Source: Chiloscyllium plagiosum
Taxonomy: Eukaryota
Assembly (NCBI RefSeq): GCF_004010195.1
Contig: NC_057749.1
Coordinates: forward strand, 16,644,564 to 16,708,563
Direction: 5' to 3'
Length of the DNA: 64,000 bases
This document shows positions 1 through 12,865 of the stretch, piece after piece. Position numbers and translations under genes: made by a program. Under the pieces are notes generated by a model, which saw only the letters and a list, made by a program, of their open reading frames with translations, was not told the DNA's origin and did no database searches. The stretch's first letter is position 1. Every line of letters starts with the position of its first letter.

Positions 1-435
1 GATAGGTCAGGGAGTGTGCAATAGGTCATCTCCTTCCCCACTGACCTATTGTACTCTATGCTACTCTCTCCCCACCCCCACCCTCCTCTAGCTTATCTCT
101 CCACGCTTCAGGCTCTCTGCCTTTATTCCTGATGAAGGGCTTTTGCCCGAAACATCGATTTTGCCTGTCCTCGGATGCTGCCTGAATTGCTGTGCTCTTC
201 CAGCACCACTGATCCACATTCTCAGGGTAGTCCACAGATGCTCTTGCTGGACCGGAATCAGCCAGTGCCTGGGTTTAACAAGCATTCAGCACATCTTTGT
301 AAGAATATTTAACTGGTGAAGTCCAAGTTCATCCCCTGCGGTTGGAGGGTTCCCAGTCGGAAGATAAGACACTCCTCCTCCGACCGTCGGGTTGTTGTGG
401 TTTGGCGGTGGATGAGTCCAATGACCTGCACATCT
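1..435. mobile_element. PLE family A remnants (tail with hammerhead motif at 129-156, plus inverted fragments)
   Basis: Shares the tail sequence of 58428-58635 and, inverted, the GIY-YIG 3' region of 8751-9354. Confidence 0.75.
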
Positions 436-1148
436 TGTCCACAAACTATTAGCTCCTCTCAAAATAAAAACTATTCAGCTTATTCCTACTTTTCTGCTCA
501 TGTCAAGTATTTGTTCAAATTCTTTAAGGATCAGGCAGTTACAATGTTCTCCATGGACTGCAGCCATAGTAACAAATCCACTGAGTGCAGAGGTAGTGGA
601 TCCACTAGTTGGAATGTTCCAAGAATTGTTGGATTCTGGACAGAGGATTAGCATACTGCTAATGTGAAATCTTTTTTCAAAATGGAATGAGGCAAAAACT
701 AACTATAGGGCAAATAGCCTAATGTCTATTATTAGGAAAATATTGGAATTAATTAAGGATGCAATAGCATTGGCGAATCATTATCAAGTAGACTGAGCAT
801 GGTTTCATGAAAGGGAAATAGTGTCTGACTAATTTAAGAGTTTTAATCAACTCAGAGAAAGTGAGGACTGCAGTCGGGTTTCAAGCAAAAGCTCTTCAAC
901 AGGAATGACGGGGTGGCCCAAGGGGGCTGAGAGATAAATGGGAGGCGGTGTGGGAAGTGATGGCAATAGGTCAGAGAAGAGGGTAGAACGGGTAGGTAGG
1001 AAGGAAGATGGACAGGTAGGACAATTCAAGAGGGCAGTGTCGCGTTGGCAGATTGGATTTGGGATATGGTGGGGGATGGGGAGATGAGGAAACTGGTGAA
1101 ATCCACATTGATCCCATGTGGTTGGAGGGTCCCAAGGCAGAAGTTAAG

Positions 1149-1304
1149 GCCAGTAGCAGTGGTGGACTCTCCCTCTTTATGGGCATTTAAACGGGCATTG
1201 GATAGACATATGGAGGATAGTGGGCTAGTGTAGGTTAGGTGGGCTTGGATCGGCGCAACATCGAGGGCCAAAGGGCCTGTACTGCGCTGTATTCTTCTAT
1301 GTTC
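1149..1304 (+). mobile_element. CR1 3'-end fragment with ttctatg tail, inserted in the PLE inverted arm
   Basis: Near-identical (inverted) to 35813-35896. Confidence 0.75.
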
Positions 1305-2482
1305 TTCCTACAGGCATCGGGTGGTTTGGTTTTGGTTGTGGAGGATGCCCAGGACTTGCATATCCTTGACAGAGTGGGGGGGGGGTGGTGAGTTGAAGTA
1401 TTCATCCACGGGATAGAGGGGTTGTTTGATGTATGTCCCAAGATGGCGTCCTGTCTCCCCATTGTACAGGAGACCTCATTGAGAGCAACAGAATCAGTAG
1501 ATGATGTGTGGAAGTACAGGTAAATCTCTGTCAGATGTGGAAGGATCCTTTGGGGCCTTGGATGGTGGTGAGGGAGGTGGTGTGGGCGTAGGTTTTGCAC
1601 TTGTGGTGACAGGGGAAAGTGCAGGGAGTGCAGGATGAGTTGGTTGGAGATGTGGAACTAACCAGGGAGTCATGGAGGGAATGGTCTCAGCAGAACACAG
1701 ATAGAGGTGGTAGGGTCTGTTTATAGGTAGCAGAAATAGCAGAGGATGTTGCATTGTATCTTGAGGTTGGTGGGGTGGAAGGTGAGGACCAGGGGGTTCT
1801 GTCCTATTTGTGATTGGAAAGGCGGTGTTCAAGGGCGGAGATGCAGGAAATGGAGATGTGCTGAAGGGCATCATCAACCACGTGGGAGGGGAAATTGCGG
1901 CCCTTGTGAAGAACTCATCTCCACAAACCTTGACACTGTCCTGTCCCCCTTGGTACAGGAACTCCCCACATACGTTCAGGACACCACCCACGCCCTCCAT
2001 CTCCTCCAAGACCTGTGTTTCCATTGCCCCCAATCTTCACCACAAACATCAGGTCCCTGTACACAGGCATCTGCCATGATGAAGGCCTTCAGCTGCTCCA
2101 TTTCCTCCTCCTTCGCTGACACAACCAGTACCCTTCCACAGACAGATTCGATTGGCTGAACTGGTCCTCACCCTCAACAATTTCTGCTTCGACTCCTTCC
2201 ACTTCCTCCAAACCAAAGGGGAGCCATGGGCACCTGCCTGGGCCCCAGCTTTACATGAGGGACATGGAACAGTACATCGTTCGCAGCTACACTGGCACCA
2301 TTCCCCACCTTTTCCGCCACTACATTGATGACTGTATCGGTGCCACCTCACATTCCCATGAAGTGGTTGGACAGTTCAACTTCACAATCACCTTCCATCC
2401 TGATCTCAAGTTCACCAGGACCATCTCAGACACCTCTCTCCCTTTCCTAGAGGTCTCCATGCCCATTTCTGGCAACCGACTC

Positions 2483-2483
<1 letters not shown>

Positions 2484-2519
<36 letters not shown>
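2484..2519 (+). repeat. (AC)18 microsatellite inside PLE RT remnant
   Basis: Direct read. Confidence 0.95.
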
Positions 2520-2521
<2 letters not shown>

Positions 2522-4039
2522 CAAACCCACCCACTCCCACAACTGGACTGCACCACTGTCCACCCTGCCTCCTGTAAAAACACTATCCACTACTCCCAAT
2601 TCCTCCACCTCTGCTGCATCTGCTCCCAGGAGGACCAATTCCACCATAGAACAACCCAGATGGCCTTCTTCTTCAAGGTCTGCATTCTCCCATCCTACGT
2701 GGTAGACGATGCCTTCCAGCGCATCGCCTCCACTTTCTGCACCTACGCCCTTGAATGCTACCCTCCAAGTGCAAGATTGACAGAACCCCCTGGTCCGCAC
2801 CTTGCACCCCATCAACCTCTGGATACAATGCATTATCCTCTGCCACTTCCGCCACTAACAAACAGACCCCACCCATCAGGGATATATTTCCCTCTCCACC
2901 CCGGTGTTCTGCAGAGACCATTCCCTCCATGACTCCCTCATTAGGTCCATGCCCTCCACCAGTCCACCCCCCCACCCCAGCACCTACCCCTGGCATAGCA
3001 AAAAGTGCAAAACTTGTGCCCACACCTACCCAGTCACTTCCCAAAGGATCCTTCCACATCCAACAGAGATTTACCTGTACTTCTACGTCATCTACGGTGT
3101 TCACTGCTCTTGATGTGGTCTCCTCTACATTGGGGAGAGAGGACGCCAACATGCGGAATGTTTCAGAGAGCATCTTTGGGACGCATCCTCCACCACCAAA
3201 CTCTAGCCACCTGACATCTGGAAGAAGAATGCCTCATCTTCTGCCTTGGGACCCTCCAACCACATGGGATCAATGTGGATTTCACCAGTTTCGTCATTTC
3301 CCATTCCCCCCTCACCTTATCCCAGATCCAACCTTCCAACTCCGTGCTGCCCTCTTGAACTGTCCTACCTGTCCACCTTCCTTCCCATCTATCTGCTCCA
3401 CCCTCCTTTTCAACCTATCACCATCACCCCGACCTTCATCTACCTATCACATTCCCAGCAACTTTCCCCCCCCCCAACCCCCTCCCCTTTATCTCTCAGC
3501 CCCTCACTTCCTGATGAAGAGCTCAAGCTCGAAACATTGACTCTCCCGCTCCTCGATGCTGCCTGACTGGTTGTGCTTTTCCAGCACCACACTTTGATAT
3601 TAATTTAAGAGTTTTCTCAACTAGACATGAGAGGATCCAGTAGATGCTTTGTATTTGGACATTCATAAGGCATTCCACATAAGGTACCTCACAAGAGGTT
3701 AAAATAGAGTTCTTGGTGCTGGAAGTAATATATTGGCATGGAGTTGAGAATTGGCTCATCATCAAGCAGTGAATGGGAATAAGGTTTTTTTTCCCCAACT
3801 TAGGACCAGCAGGGTTTCACAGAGATCAGTATAGCACTACAACTGTTTGTAATATATTACTTGGATGAAGGAAGTGAATGTACTGTAACCATATGGCTGA
3901 CTACACTAAATTTGGTCAAAAGGTAGTTTTGTGAGGGATACAGTGTGCATGGAGTATAAGGTGACCAAAGTCTGTGAGAAGATTTGTAGCTCGGGTGCTC
4001 GTTGTTGTGGTTCTGTTCGCCGAGCTGGGAATTCATGTT

Positions 4040-4079
4040 GCAGACGTTTCGTCCCCTGTCTAGGTGACATCCTCAGTGC
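4040..4079 (-). ncRNA. Minimal type I hammerhead ribozyme motif (inverted copy, PLE family B)
   Basis: Reverse complement of 5590-5629. Confidence 0.8.
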
Positions 4080-5589
4080 TTGGGAGCCTCCTGTGAAGCG
4101 CTTCTGTGATCTTTCCTCTAGCTGGTCGTGTCGTTTCGTGGCTAGTTGGTGTTCATGGATGTGGATCGTTAGCTGTCTTCCTAAAATCACTAAGAAACGA
4201 TAAGAACATAATCATACTACCAGCAGACAAAGGTAGAATGACAGTCATCCTGGACAAAGCAGACTACATCCAAAAAGCACAACAACTAATTGCAGATACC
4301 AACATCTACCAAAAGAGGGAGTTTGACCCCACCCCACAGCTCACCAATAGGATAAACAACACACTGAGGAACCTAAAAAAAAACGGAGATATAACCAGGT
4401 TTGACCTGCAAAGAATGAAACCTGAAAGCAACACCACCCCCAGATTCTATGGACTACCTAAAGTGCACAAACCAGACATCCCACTCAGACCCATAGTATC
4501 ACTACCAGGGACACCATCACACAAACTGGCTAAAGAACTACAGCAGAAACTGAAACACCTGATCAGCGGATCCAGACACTCTACACAATCAACACAGGAA
4601 TTCTTGGACATCATCAGAAATATACACATAGACAAGGAAGAAACCATGGTCTCATTCGACAAAATCCTAGCCAGAGAAACAATAACCAACCTGCTGGACA
4701 TAAAGAACAGACAACAGGATGTTGAACCTATCAACAAAGACGGCATACTCAAACTACTGGACCTGTGCCTCACAACACACTTCACATTCAACAACCAAAT
4801 ATATGAACAAATCAACAGCACACCCATGGGCTCACCCATCTCTGGNNNNNNNNNNNNNNNNNNNNNNNNNNNNGGATCATCAATGCCACACTCACAGGAA
4901 TCCGATTCACTAGAAAGGAAGAAAAGGACAACCAACTCCCATTCGTAGACGTGAGGGTACAGAGAACACTGAATGGAGAATTCACCACAAAGGTATACAG
5001 GAAAGCCACACACACAGACCAAGTCCTGAACTACGAAAGCAACCATCCCAACACACACAAAAGAAGTTGCATCAAGACACTATTCAAAAGGGCCACAACA
5101 CACTGCAGTACACCAGAACTGCAAAAAGAGGAAGAAGAACACCTATACAATGTATTCGCCAAAAACGGAAATGCATGCAATTTCATCAACAGATGCCTAA
5201 GGGAAAGACAACGGAAATCCCATGCAAGGACTGCACTAAACACTACATAGGACAAACAGGAAGGCAGCTAACGATCCGTATCCATGAACACCAACTAGCC
5301 ACGAGATGACACGACCAGCTATCCTTCGTAGCCACATACGCAGATGACAAGCAACATGAATTCGACTGGGACAACACTACTATTATAGGACAAGCCAAAC
5401 AGAGAACAGCCAGGGAATTCCTAGAGGCATGGCACTCATCCACAGATTCAATCAATAAGCACATCGATCTGGACCCAATATACCGGCCACTGCAGCGGAC
5501 AGCTGGAACTGACAACCGGAAGCGACAGATTCATACCACTACAAATGCTGGAGGAAAGATCACAGAAGCGCTTCACAGGAGGCTCCCAA

Positions 5590-5629
5590 GCACTGAGGAT
5601 GTCACCTAGACAGGGGACGAAACGTCTGC
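5590..5629 (+). ncRNA. Minimal type I hammerhead ribozyme motif (PLE family B)
   Basis: GCA-CUGAGGA-U-GUCACCU(AGAC)AGGGGAC-GAAAC-GUC-UGC: stem I GCA/UGC, stem II hairpin, palindromic ACGU stem III. Confidence 0.8.
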
Positions 5630-5937
5630 AACACAAATTCCCAGCTCGGCGAACAGTATAATGTGAAGTTGTTCATTTTGGAAGCGAGGAGTATTATTTA
5701 AATGGTCAGAAACTGCAGAAAGCTGCAACAAAGGAGGGACTTGGGGGGTACTTGTGCATGAAACCCAGCACCACATGGGCAGTAGGTAATCTGAAAGGCT
5801 GATGAAATGCTCGTCCTTATTTCAAAGGCACTGGAGTATCAGAATAGGGATATCTTAGTGTAACAGTACAAGGTGATGAGACCACATCCGGATACTGGCA
5901 GCGCTTCTGGTCCCATTATTTAAGGGAATATAAACTT

Positions 5938-8130
5938 GGAAGTCACTGGAAAACATGCTCCTTGTAGACCCATCAGGAGATGATGCTCAGCAGAGATGGG
6001 ACTCTCTCAGGGTCACTATCCAAAGCACTGCACTCAAGGCCTTTGGGAAGAAACAGGGCAAGACACAGGACTTGTTTGAAGTGAGCTCAAGTAAGCTCAC
6101 CGCTGTCAGATGCAAAGCATGTTGCACTACTCGAGCACAAATGCCACCCTACCCAGGGAACATTGCAAACACCAAGAACAGCAAGAGGCAAGACCCAGAA
6201 AACAGCCAGACACTGCGTAAATGATTACTGGCGACAACTATGCGAAAGCATTCAGTCATCATTTGATACAGGCAACATCTGTGGGGTGTATGAGGGGATC
6301 AAGAAAACCATCTGTCCAACCCAGAGCAAGACTGCCCCACTGAAAACCAAAACAGGCAAGACCAAAAGACAAAGGCAAGCAGATGGAGATATGGGTGGAG
6401 CATTACTCCAAACTCTACTCCAGAGAAAGCAGCATCTCAGACAGCGTAGTAGACACTGTGGAATGCATGCCTGTCACGGAGGAACTGGATGCATTGCTTT
6501 ACTCAGCTCTTCGGCAGTCGACAATCAACAGCCTGCCCTGTGGAAATGCACTAGGATTGGATGGCATTCCACCAGAGGCCATCAAGTGCACAAAGGGCGT
6601 CCTGCTAAACCACCTGCACAAACGACTGCGCCAGTGCTGGAAAGAGGAAGCAGTGCCTCAAGACATGAGACTGCAACATTGTCACCCTACATAAAAAGGG
6701 CAAAGGCGCGACTGTAACAACTACCGGGGAGTCTCTTTGCCAAGCATCACTCACTCGAGTGGTTCTGACTAGACTGCAGAAAATTGCCAAAAATGTATAT
6801 CCTGAATCTCAGTGCGGTTTCAGGTCAGAATGCTCCACGATCGACATGATCTTCTCCTTTCGACCTTGTGAGTAGATGTCCTGTGCAAAATCCTCACCAG
6901 GATTGGCTGTCCCCTGAGGGTCCTCAGGGTAGCTCAGTCATTCCACACCGACATGGAGGGAGTTGTTCAATTTGATAGCTCTTCTTCAGAAGCCTTCAAC
7001 ATTTACAGTGGTGTGAAACAGGGCTGTGCGCTAGCCCCCACCCTGCTCAGTATCATCCTCGCCGTCACGCTGAAGCACACCTTTGTTGTCTACCTCTACA
7101 CCAGATCGAACGGGAGGCTGTTCAGTCTGTCCCAGCTAAGGGCAAAAACCAAGGTTCGTGAAGTACTCATAAGGGACATGTTATTTACAGATGACAAGGC
7201 ACTGGCAACACACTCAAGAGCAACTGCGACTCCTCATGGACAGCTTCTCATAACTCTGCCAGGACTTCCACTTCACCATCAGCCTAAAGAAGACCAATGT
7301 GTTGGGTCAAGGTGTTGACCACCCCCTGCCATTACCATCACCAAAGACGAGTTGGAGTTTGTCCACAAGTTTACACACCCTGGCTCCACCAACAGTCTCC
7401 CCCTAGACTCAGATCAATAGATGGATTGGACAAGCAGCCTCAACATTCATCAGGCTGACAAAGATGGTCTGGGAGAACAGAAAGCTAACGACGCACACCA
7501 AGGTTGCAATCTGGGGCCTGCATCCTCAGCACACTGCGTTTGGGCAGCAGACCTGCAGCCTCCACCCCAGACAAGAGCAACATTGAATGCCTTCCACCTT
7601 CGCATCCTGAGACGCATCCTGGACATGAAATAGGCTGTCAGAGTCACCAATGATGTCCTGCCCCCTGCCCAGTTACCCAGCCTCTTCACCCTGCACCAAC
7701 GCCATCTTCACTGGCTGGTCCAAGGGCACCGCAGGTCAGACGGGAGGATCCCAAAGGATCTGCTGGATGGGAAACTGGTCTCCAGCAAAAGAGCAGCCCC
7801 ATCTTCATTTCAAAGATGTCTGCAAGAGAGACATGAAGTCACTGCATATGAACATCGAAGGATGGGAGGACATTGCAAACGATCGCTCTTGGTGGAGTCT
7901 GGAATTACACAGAGGTCTTAAAAAAGAGTAGCGGAGGCTTACTGCTTAAGAAAAATGCATCAGCTGAAGAAACAGCACCAAAGAACAGTGTCTTCAAGTG
8001 CAGTCGCTGCAGCCAGGACTGCCACTCCCATGTGGGCCTCTACAGCCACACCAGACGCTGCTCTATCAAAGATTGAAGCAAGACTTCCTAGGCGCAGATC
8101 CATGGTCTTGCAAGACGACCGGGTGCCACC
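5938..8130 (+). mobile_element. RTE-clade LINE, 5'-truncated and frameshifted
   Basis: GVKQGCALAPTL, LFTDD, C-terminal FKCSRCSQDCHSHVGLYSHTRRC; TSD tataaactt at 5929-5937 and 8131-8139. Confidence 0.85.
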
Positions 8131-8273
8131 TATAAACTTCATTAGAGGCAGCTCAGGGAAGATTCACTCAGATGATCCCTGGAAATGGAGGAATTGTTTT
8201 TTGAGCAAAGATTAAACAGGTTGGATCTTCACTCACTGGAGTTAAGAAGAATGAGAGGTGATCTCAATGAAAC

Positions 8274-9997
8274 AAAGAAAATTTACAGCCTAGTAACAGG
8301 CCTTTCTGCACTCCAAGCCACTCCAAATCCACTGTCTAAACCTATCATCCAACTCCTAAGCATCTGTATCCCTCTGCTCCCCACCTATTCATGAATCTGT
8401 CCAGATACACCTTGAATGAATCTACCATGCCTGCTTCTACTGGCAACACATTCCAGGCACCTACCACCCTCTGTGCAAAGTACTTTACGCATATATCCCC
8501 CTTAAACTTTTCATTTCTCACCTTGAACATGTGACCTCTTGTTATTGAATCCCTCACACTGGGAAAAAGCTTATCTACCCGGTCTATATCCTTCATGATT
8601 TTGTAGATCTCAATCAGGCCCCCCCCGGCCACCATCCTTTTTTCTAATGAAAACAATTCTAACTTACTCAACCTCTCTGCATAGCTAGCATCTTCCATAC
8701 CAGGCAACATCCTCATAAACCTTCTCTGCACCCTCTCCAAAGCATCCACCACACACATCATCTATTGCATCCTCTGCACCCGATGTGGCCTCCTCTATAT
8801 TGGGGAGACAGGCCACCTACTTGCGGAGCGTTTCGGAGAACACCTCTGGGACACCCGGACCAACCAACCCAACCACCCTGTGGCTCAACACTTCAACTCC
8901 CCCTCCCACTCCACCAAGGATATGCAGGTCCTTGGACTCCTCCATCGCCAGACCACAACAAAACGACGGTTGGAGGAAGAGCGCCTCATCTTCCGCCTAG
9001 GAACCCTCCAACCACAAGGAATGAACTCGGATTTCACCAGTTTCCTCACTACCCCTCCCCGCACCTTGGCACAGTCTAATCCAGCGAATTCAGCACCGCC
9101 TTCCTAACCTGCAATCTTCTTCCTGACCTCTCCGCCCCCACCCCAGTCTGACCTATCACCCTCACCTTGACCTCTTTCCACCTATCGCATTTCCAACGCC
9201 CCTCCCCCAAGTCCCTCCTCCCTACCTCTTATCTTGGCCTGCTGGACACACTTTCCTCATTCCTGAAGAAGGGCTTATGCCTGAAACGTCGATTCTCTCA
9301 TTCCCTGGATGCTGCCTGACCTGCTGCACTGTTCCAGCAACACATTTTCAGCTCAGCATCCACCTCCTTTTATTAATGCGGTGACCAGAACTGTCACAGT
9401 ATTCTAAATGTGGCCGAACGAAGGTCTTGTACAATTTTAACATGACCTGCCAGCTCTTATACTCAATATCCCATCCAATGAAGGCAAGCATACCATATGC
9501 CTTCTTGACCACTCTATCCACCTGTGCAGCCACCTTCAGGGCGCAATAGACCTACACTCCCAGATCTCTCTACTCAACTTTTCCCCAAGGCTCTTCAGTT
9601 TACAGTATAATTCGCTCTAGAATTAGACTTCCCAAAATGCATCACCTCACATTTGCCTAGACTGAACTCCATTTGCCACTTCTCCACCCAATTTTCCAAT
9701 CTATCTGTATTCTCCTGTATTCTTTGACAGTCCTCTATGCATTCACTACTCCATCAATCTTGGTGTCGTTTGCAAATTTAGTGATCAGACCAACAATGCC
9801 CTCTTCCAGATCATTTATGTATATCACAAACAACAGTGGCCCCAGCACTGATCCACGTGGAACACTACTGGTCACCTTTCTCCATTTCGAGAAACTCCCT
9901 TCAACTACTACTGTCTTCTGTTGCTCAATCAGTTCTTTATCCACTTAGCTAGAACACCCTACACAGCGTGTGACTTCATTTTCTCCATTAGTTTACC
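8274..9997 (-). mobile_element. CR1-type LINE 3' part, split by a PLE
   Basis: [42 protein letters not shown] in minus-strand ORFs. Confidence 0.88.
8751..9354 (+). mobile_element. PLE family A 3' fragment (GIY-YIG end plus hammerhead tail at 9263-9290)
   Basis: [20 protein letters not shown]..., [17 protein letters not shown] agcatccacc at 8741-8750 and 9355-9364. Confidence 0.88.
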
Positions 9998-10749
9998 ATA
10001 CAGGATTCTTATGGGACTTGACAGGGTAAATTCTGAGAGAATACTTCCCTCATGAGAGAGTCTAGGTTCAGAGGGTGGAGTCTCAGAATAAAGGGACACC
10101 AATTCAAGACTGAGAATGAGGAGGAATTTCTTGTCTCAAAGGGTCGAGCGTCTTGGAACTGCTAACCACAGAGTATTGTGGGGCAGAGTCCTTGTGTATA
10201 TTTAAGGCTGTGATGGAGAGATTCTTGATCAATTGGGGAATCAAGAGTTATGGGGAAAGGGCAGGAAAGTGGATCTGATGAGTGTCTGATCTGCAATGAT
10301 CCTATTGAATGGTGCAACAGGCTCAGGGGCCAAAAGGCCTAATCTTTTTCTTATTTCTTACAGTCTTATCAACAGGGTACAGCATGAACTACGTACATTC
10401 AAGGAAATATTCATTTGGGAATGATCTACTCAGATGAGTCTTAATCTCTCAGCAATTCTAAGCATGCTTCCTTTTGAGAAGAAATACAGATATAATTACT
10501 CATCTTGCACACACTGCATCGAATATTTGGGTTACAGCAATTACTGAGATTACATACTATATAGGCCATGCATTTGCTTAAATAGTTAACCAATTTATGT
10601 AGATAATATAGAAAGGTTTAAGAACCAATTTAAAATGGTTAAATTAGTTCTAGAGATTAAAGGTAACAATGAATTTCCAAGATTCTTTGGTGTCACTCTA
10701 CTAAAATTATTTAACAAGTAGTTAATTATATCAAATAACATCTGGAATA

Positions 10750-11705
10750 ACAAGGATACCTACGTTAGGTTTCTATTTATTGACAACAACTCCACCTTCA
10801 AGACTATAATCCCAACCAAACTATTCCCCAAACTCCAAGACCTAGGTCTCTGCTCTGTCCTCTTAACTAGATTCTCAATCTCTTAACTCACAGACCGCAA
10901 TCAAAGATAGGCCACAGCACCTTCTTGACCATAGTCCTCAACATTGGGGCCCTGCAAGTTCACTGACTACACTACTGTTGTCAGCCAGATATCAGACAAC
11001 GAGGCAGAACACAGGAAAAAGGTAGTGTTTGGTGACATGGTGTAAAGGTCACAATCTTTCCCTCAATGTCAACAAAACTAAAGAGCTGATCATCAACTTC
11101 AGTAAGCAAGGAGGGCATGCCCTATCTACATCAAGGTGGAGATGGTGAACAGCATTAAGTCCCTAAGTGTGACAATCTGTCCTGGAAGTTGATATGACAG
11201 TGAAGAAAGCACAACGTCTCTTCATCTTCAGGAGACCATAAAATTTCAGCTTGTTCATAAGGACTCTCACCAACTTTTACAGATGCAACATTGAAAGAAT
11301 TGGTTTGGCAACCACTCTGCCCAAGACCATAAGAAACTACAGAGAGCTGTGAATACAGCCCAGTCCATCATGCAAGCCAAACTTCCGTCTATACTTCATG
11401 CCTCAAAGGCAGCCAAAGACCCCTCCCATCATGGTTATAATCACTTCTAACCTCCTCTGTTGGGCAGAAGATAAAAGACGTAAACACACGTAACCAACAG
11501 ATTAAATAGTCTCTTTCCTTCTGTTATTAGGCTTCTGAAAGGACTTGTCAAATGCAAAATCTAATGTTGATCTTGCTATTGGTGCACCTTCTTTGCAGCT
11601 GTAAATTTGTTTCTCACTCTGTTCAATCACCCTATGATCTTTGTAGGTTATGATCTTTCTGTACTGCATGCAAAACCTAGGTATATGTAGCAACAATAAA
11701 TAAAA
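10750..11705 (+). mobile_element. Rex1/Babar-like LINE remnant
   Basis: Decayed TYVRFLFID..STFKTIIPTKL..KLQDLG and LNVNKTKELII motifs; ends aacaataaataaa. Confidence 0.7.
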
Positions 11706-11957
11706 TTACAATTGTAGCCATTCAACCTGTTGAAAGGCTATTCTGTTGGTCGACTGGATCAGTTCAATTTATCTACTCTGCCTGTTTCTGGTTAATCTTA
11801 TTCAAAGACAAATCCTGCTGAGAATTGTTGATGTATTCAGAAAACTGTTTTTCTCCCCCGTTGTACTTTTCAAAATTTTCTTTGAACTTTGGTGAATCAC
11901 ACCAAATCCTGTGGAGACTCATCAGATAAAGGATCTCTGGGGCAACATGCCTTATTT

Positions 11958-12865
11958 CAGCAGGGACTCAGGTTCGATTCCAGCCTTGGGCAACTGTCTG
12001 CGTGGAGTTTGCACATTCTCGCTGTGCCCGTATGGGCTTCTGCTGGGTTCACTGTGAAGGCGGCGTTTGGTATGCTTTCCTTTATTGGTCAGAGTATTGA
12101 GTACAGGAGTTGGGAGGTCATGTTGCAGCTGTACAGGACATTGGTTAGGCCACTGTTGGAATACTGCGTACAATTCTGGTATCCTTCCTATCAGAAAGAT
12201 GTCGTGAAACTTGAAAGGGTTCAGAAAAGATTTACAAGGATGTTGCCAGGGTTGGGGGATTTGAGCTATAGGGAGAGGCTGAACAGGCTGGGGCTGTTCT
12301 CCCTGGAGCATCGGAGGCTGAGGGGTGACCTTATAGAGGTTTACAAAATTATGAGGGGCATGGATAGGGTAAATAGGCAAAGTCTTTTCCCCGGGGTTGG
12401 GGAGTCCAGATGTAGAGGGCATAGGCTTAGGGCGAGAGGGGAAAGATATAAAAGAGACCCACGGGACAACTTTTGCACGCAGAGGGTGGTACGTGTATGG
12501 AATGAGCTGCCAGAGAAAGTGGTGGAGGCTGGTACAATTGCAAGATTTAAGAGGCATTTGGATGGGTATATGAATGGGAAGGGTTTGAAGGGATATGGGT
12601 CGGTGCTGACAGGTGGGTTAGGATATCTGGTCGGCATGGACGGGTAGGACTGAAGGGTCTGTTTCCATGCTGTACATCTCTATGACTATATACAGGTGAG
12701 GTGGATTGACCATGCTAAATTGCCCTCAGTATTCATGGATGTATAAGTAGGTAGATTAGTCATGCTAACTGTGGGGATAGGGTGTGTCTGGATGGGACAC
12801 TCTTCAGTGGGTCAGTGCAGAGCCGATGGGCAGAACGGCCTCTTTTTGTTTCATAGGGAGTCAAT
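11958..12865 (+). mobile_element. HE1-type SINE interrupted by a CR1 fragment
   Basis: B-box GGTTCGATTCC and ggagtttgcacattctc before 12054; ccatgctaaattgccc resumes after 12690. Confidence 0.7.
12054..12690 (+). mobile_element. Young CR1 (HER-like) LINE 3' fragment
   Basis: Open ORF2 C-terminus [11 protein letters not shown]...[11 protein letters not shown]; 3' end gaagggtctgtttccatgctgtacatctctatgact. Confidence 0.9.

Larger units (their letters stand above)
853..3600 (+). mobile_element. PLE family A (Neptune-like), 5'-truncated with ~1 kb inverted 3' segment
   Basis: RT motif RHYIDDCIG, linker KKCKTC, GIY-YIG remnants; 853-~1890 is the reverse complement of the 3' part; imperfect TSD taatttaagagtttt(aa/c)tcaact at 830-852 and 3601-3622. 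Confidence 0.85.
3960..5654 (+). mobile_element. PLE family B (Penelope/Poseidon-like) with inverted 5' pseudo-LTR
   Basis: ADKG, PRFYGLPKVHKPDIPLRPIVS, MGSPIS, YRKATHTDQVLNYESNHP, YIGQTGR...RIHEH; 4013-4182 is the inverse of 5257-5321 plus 5550-5656; TSD agtataa at 3953-3959 and 5655-5661. Confidence 0.9.
560..10368 (+). mobile_element. Old, decayed CR1-type LINE acting as host for nested insertions
   Basis: Collinear RT/3' fragments at ~560-852, 3601-3959, 5655-5937, 8131-8273 and 9998-10368 rejoin across TSDs; left boundary approximate. Confidence 0.75.

Noticed and set aside
11889..12647. 252-aa ORF as a host gene (and similar ORFs at 33096, 52743 and their antisense frames)
   Set aside because: CR1 ORF2 C-terminus, here fused by chance to SINE sequence; antisense frames are by-products.
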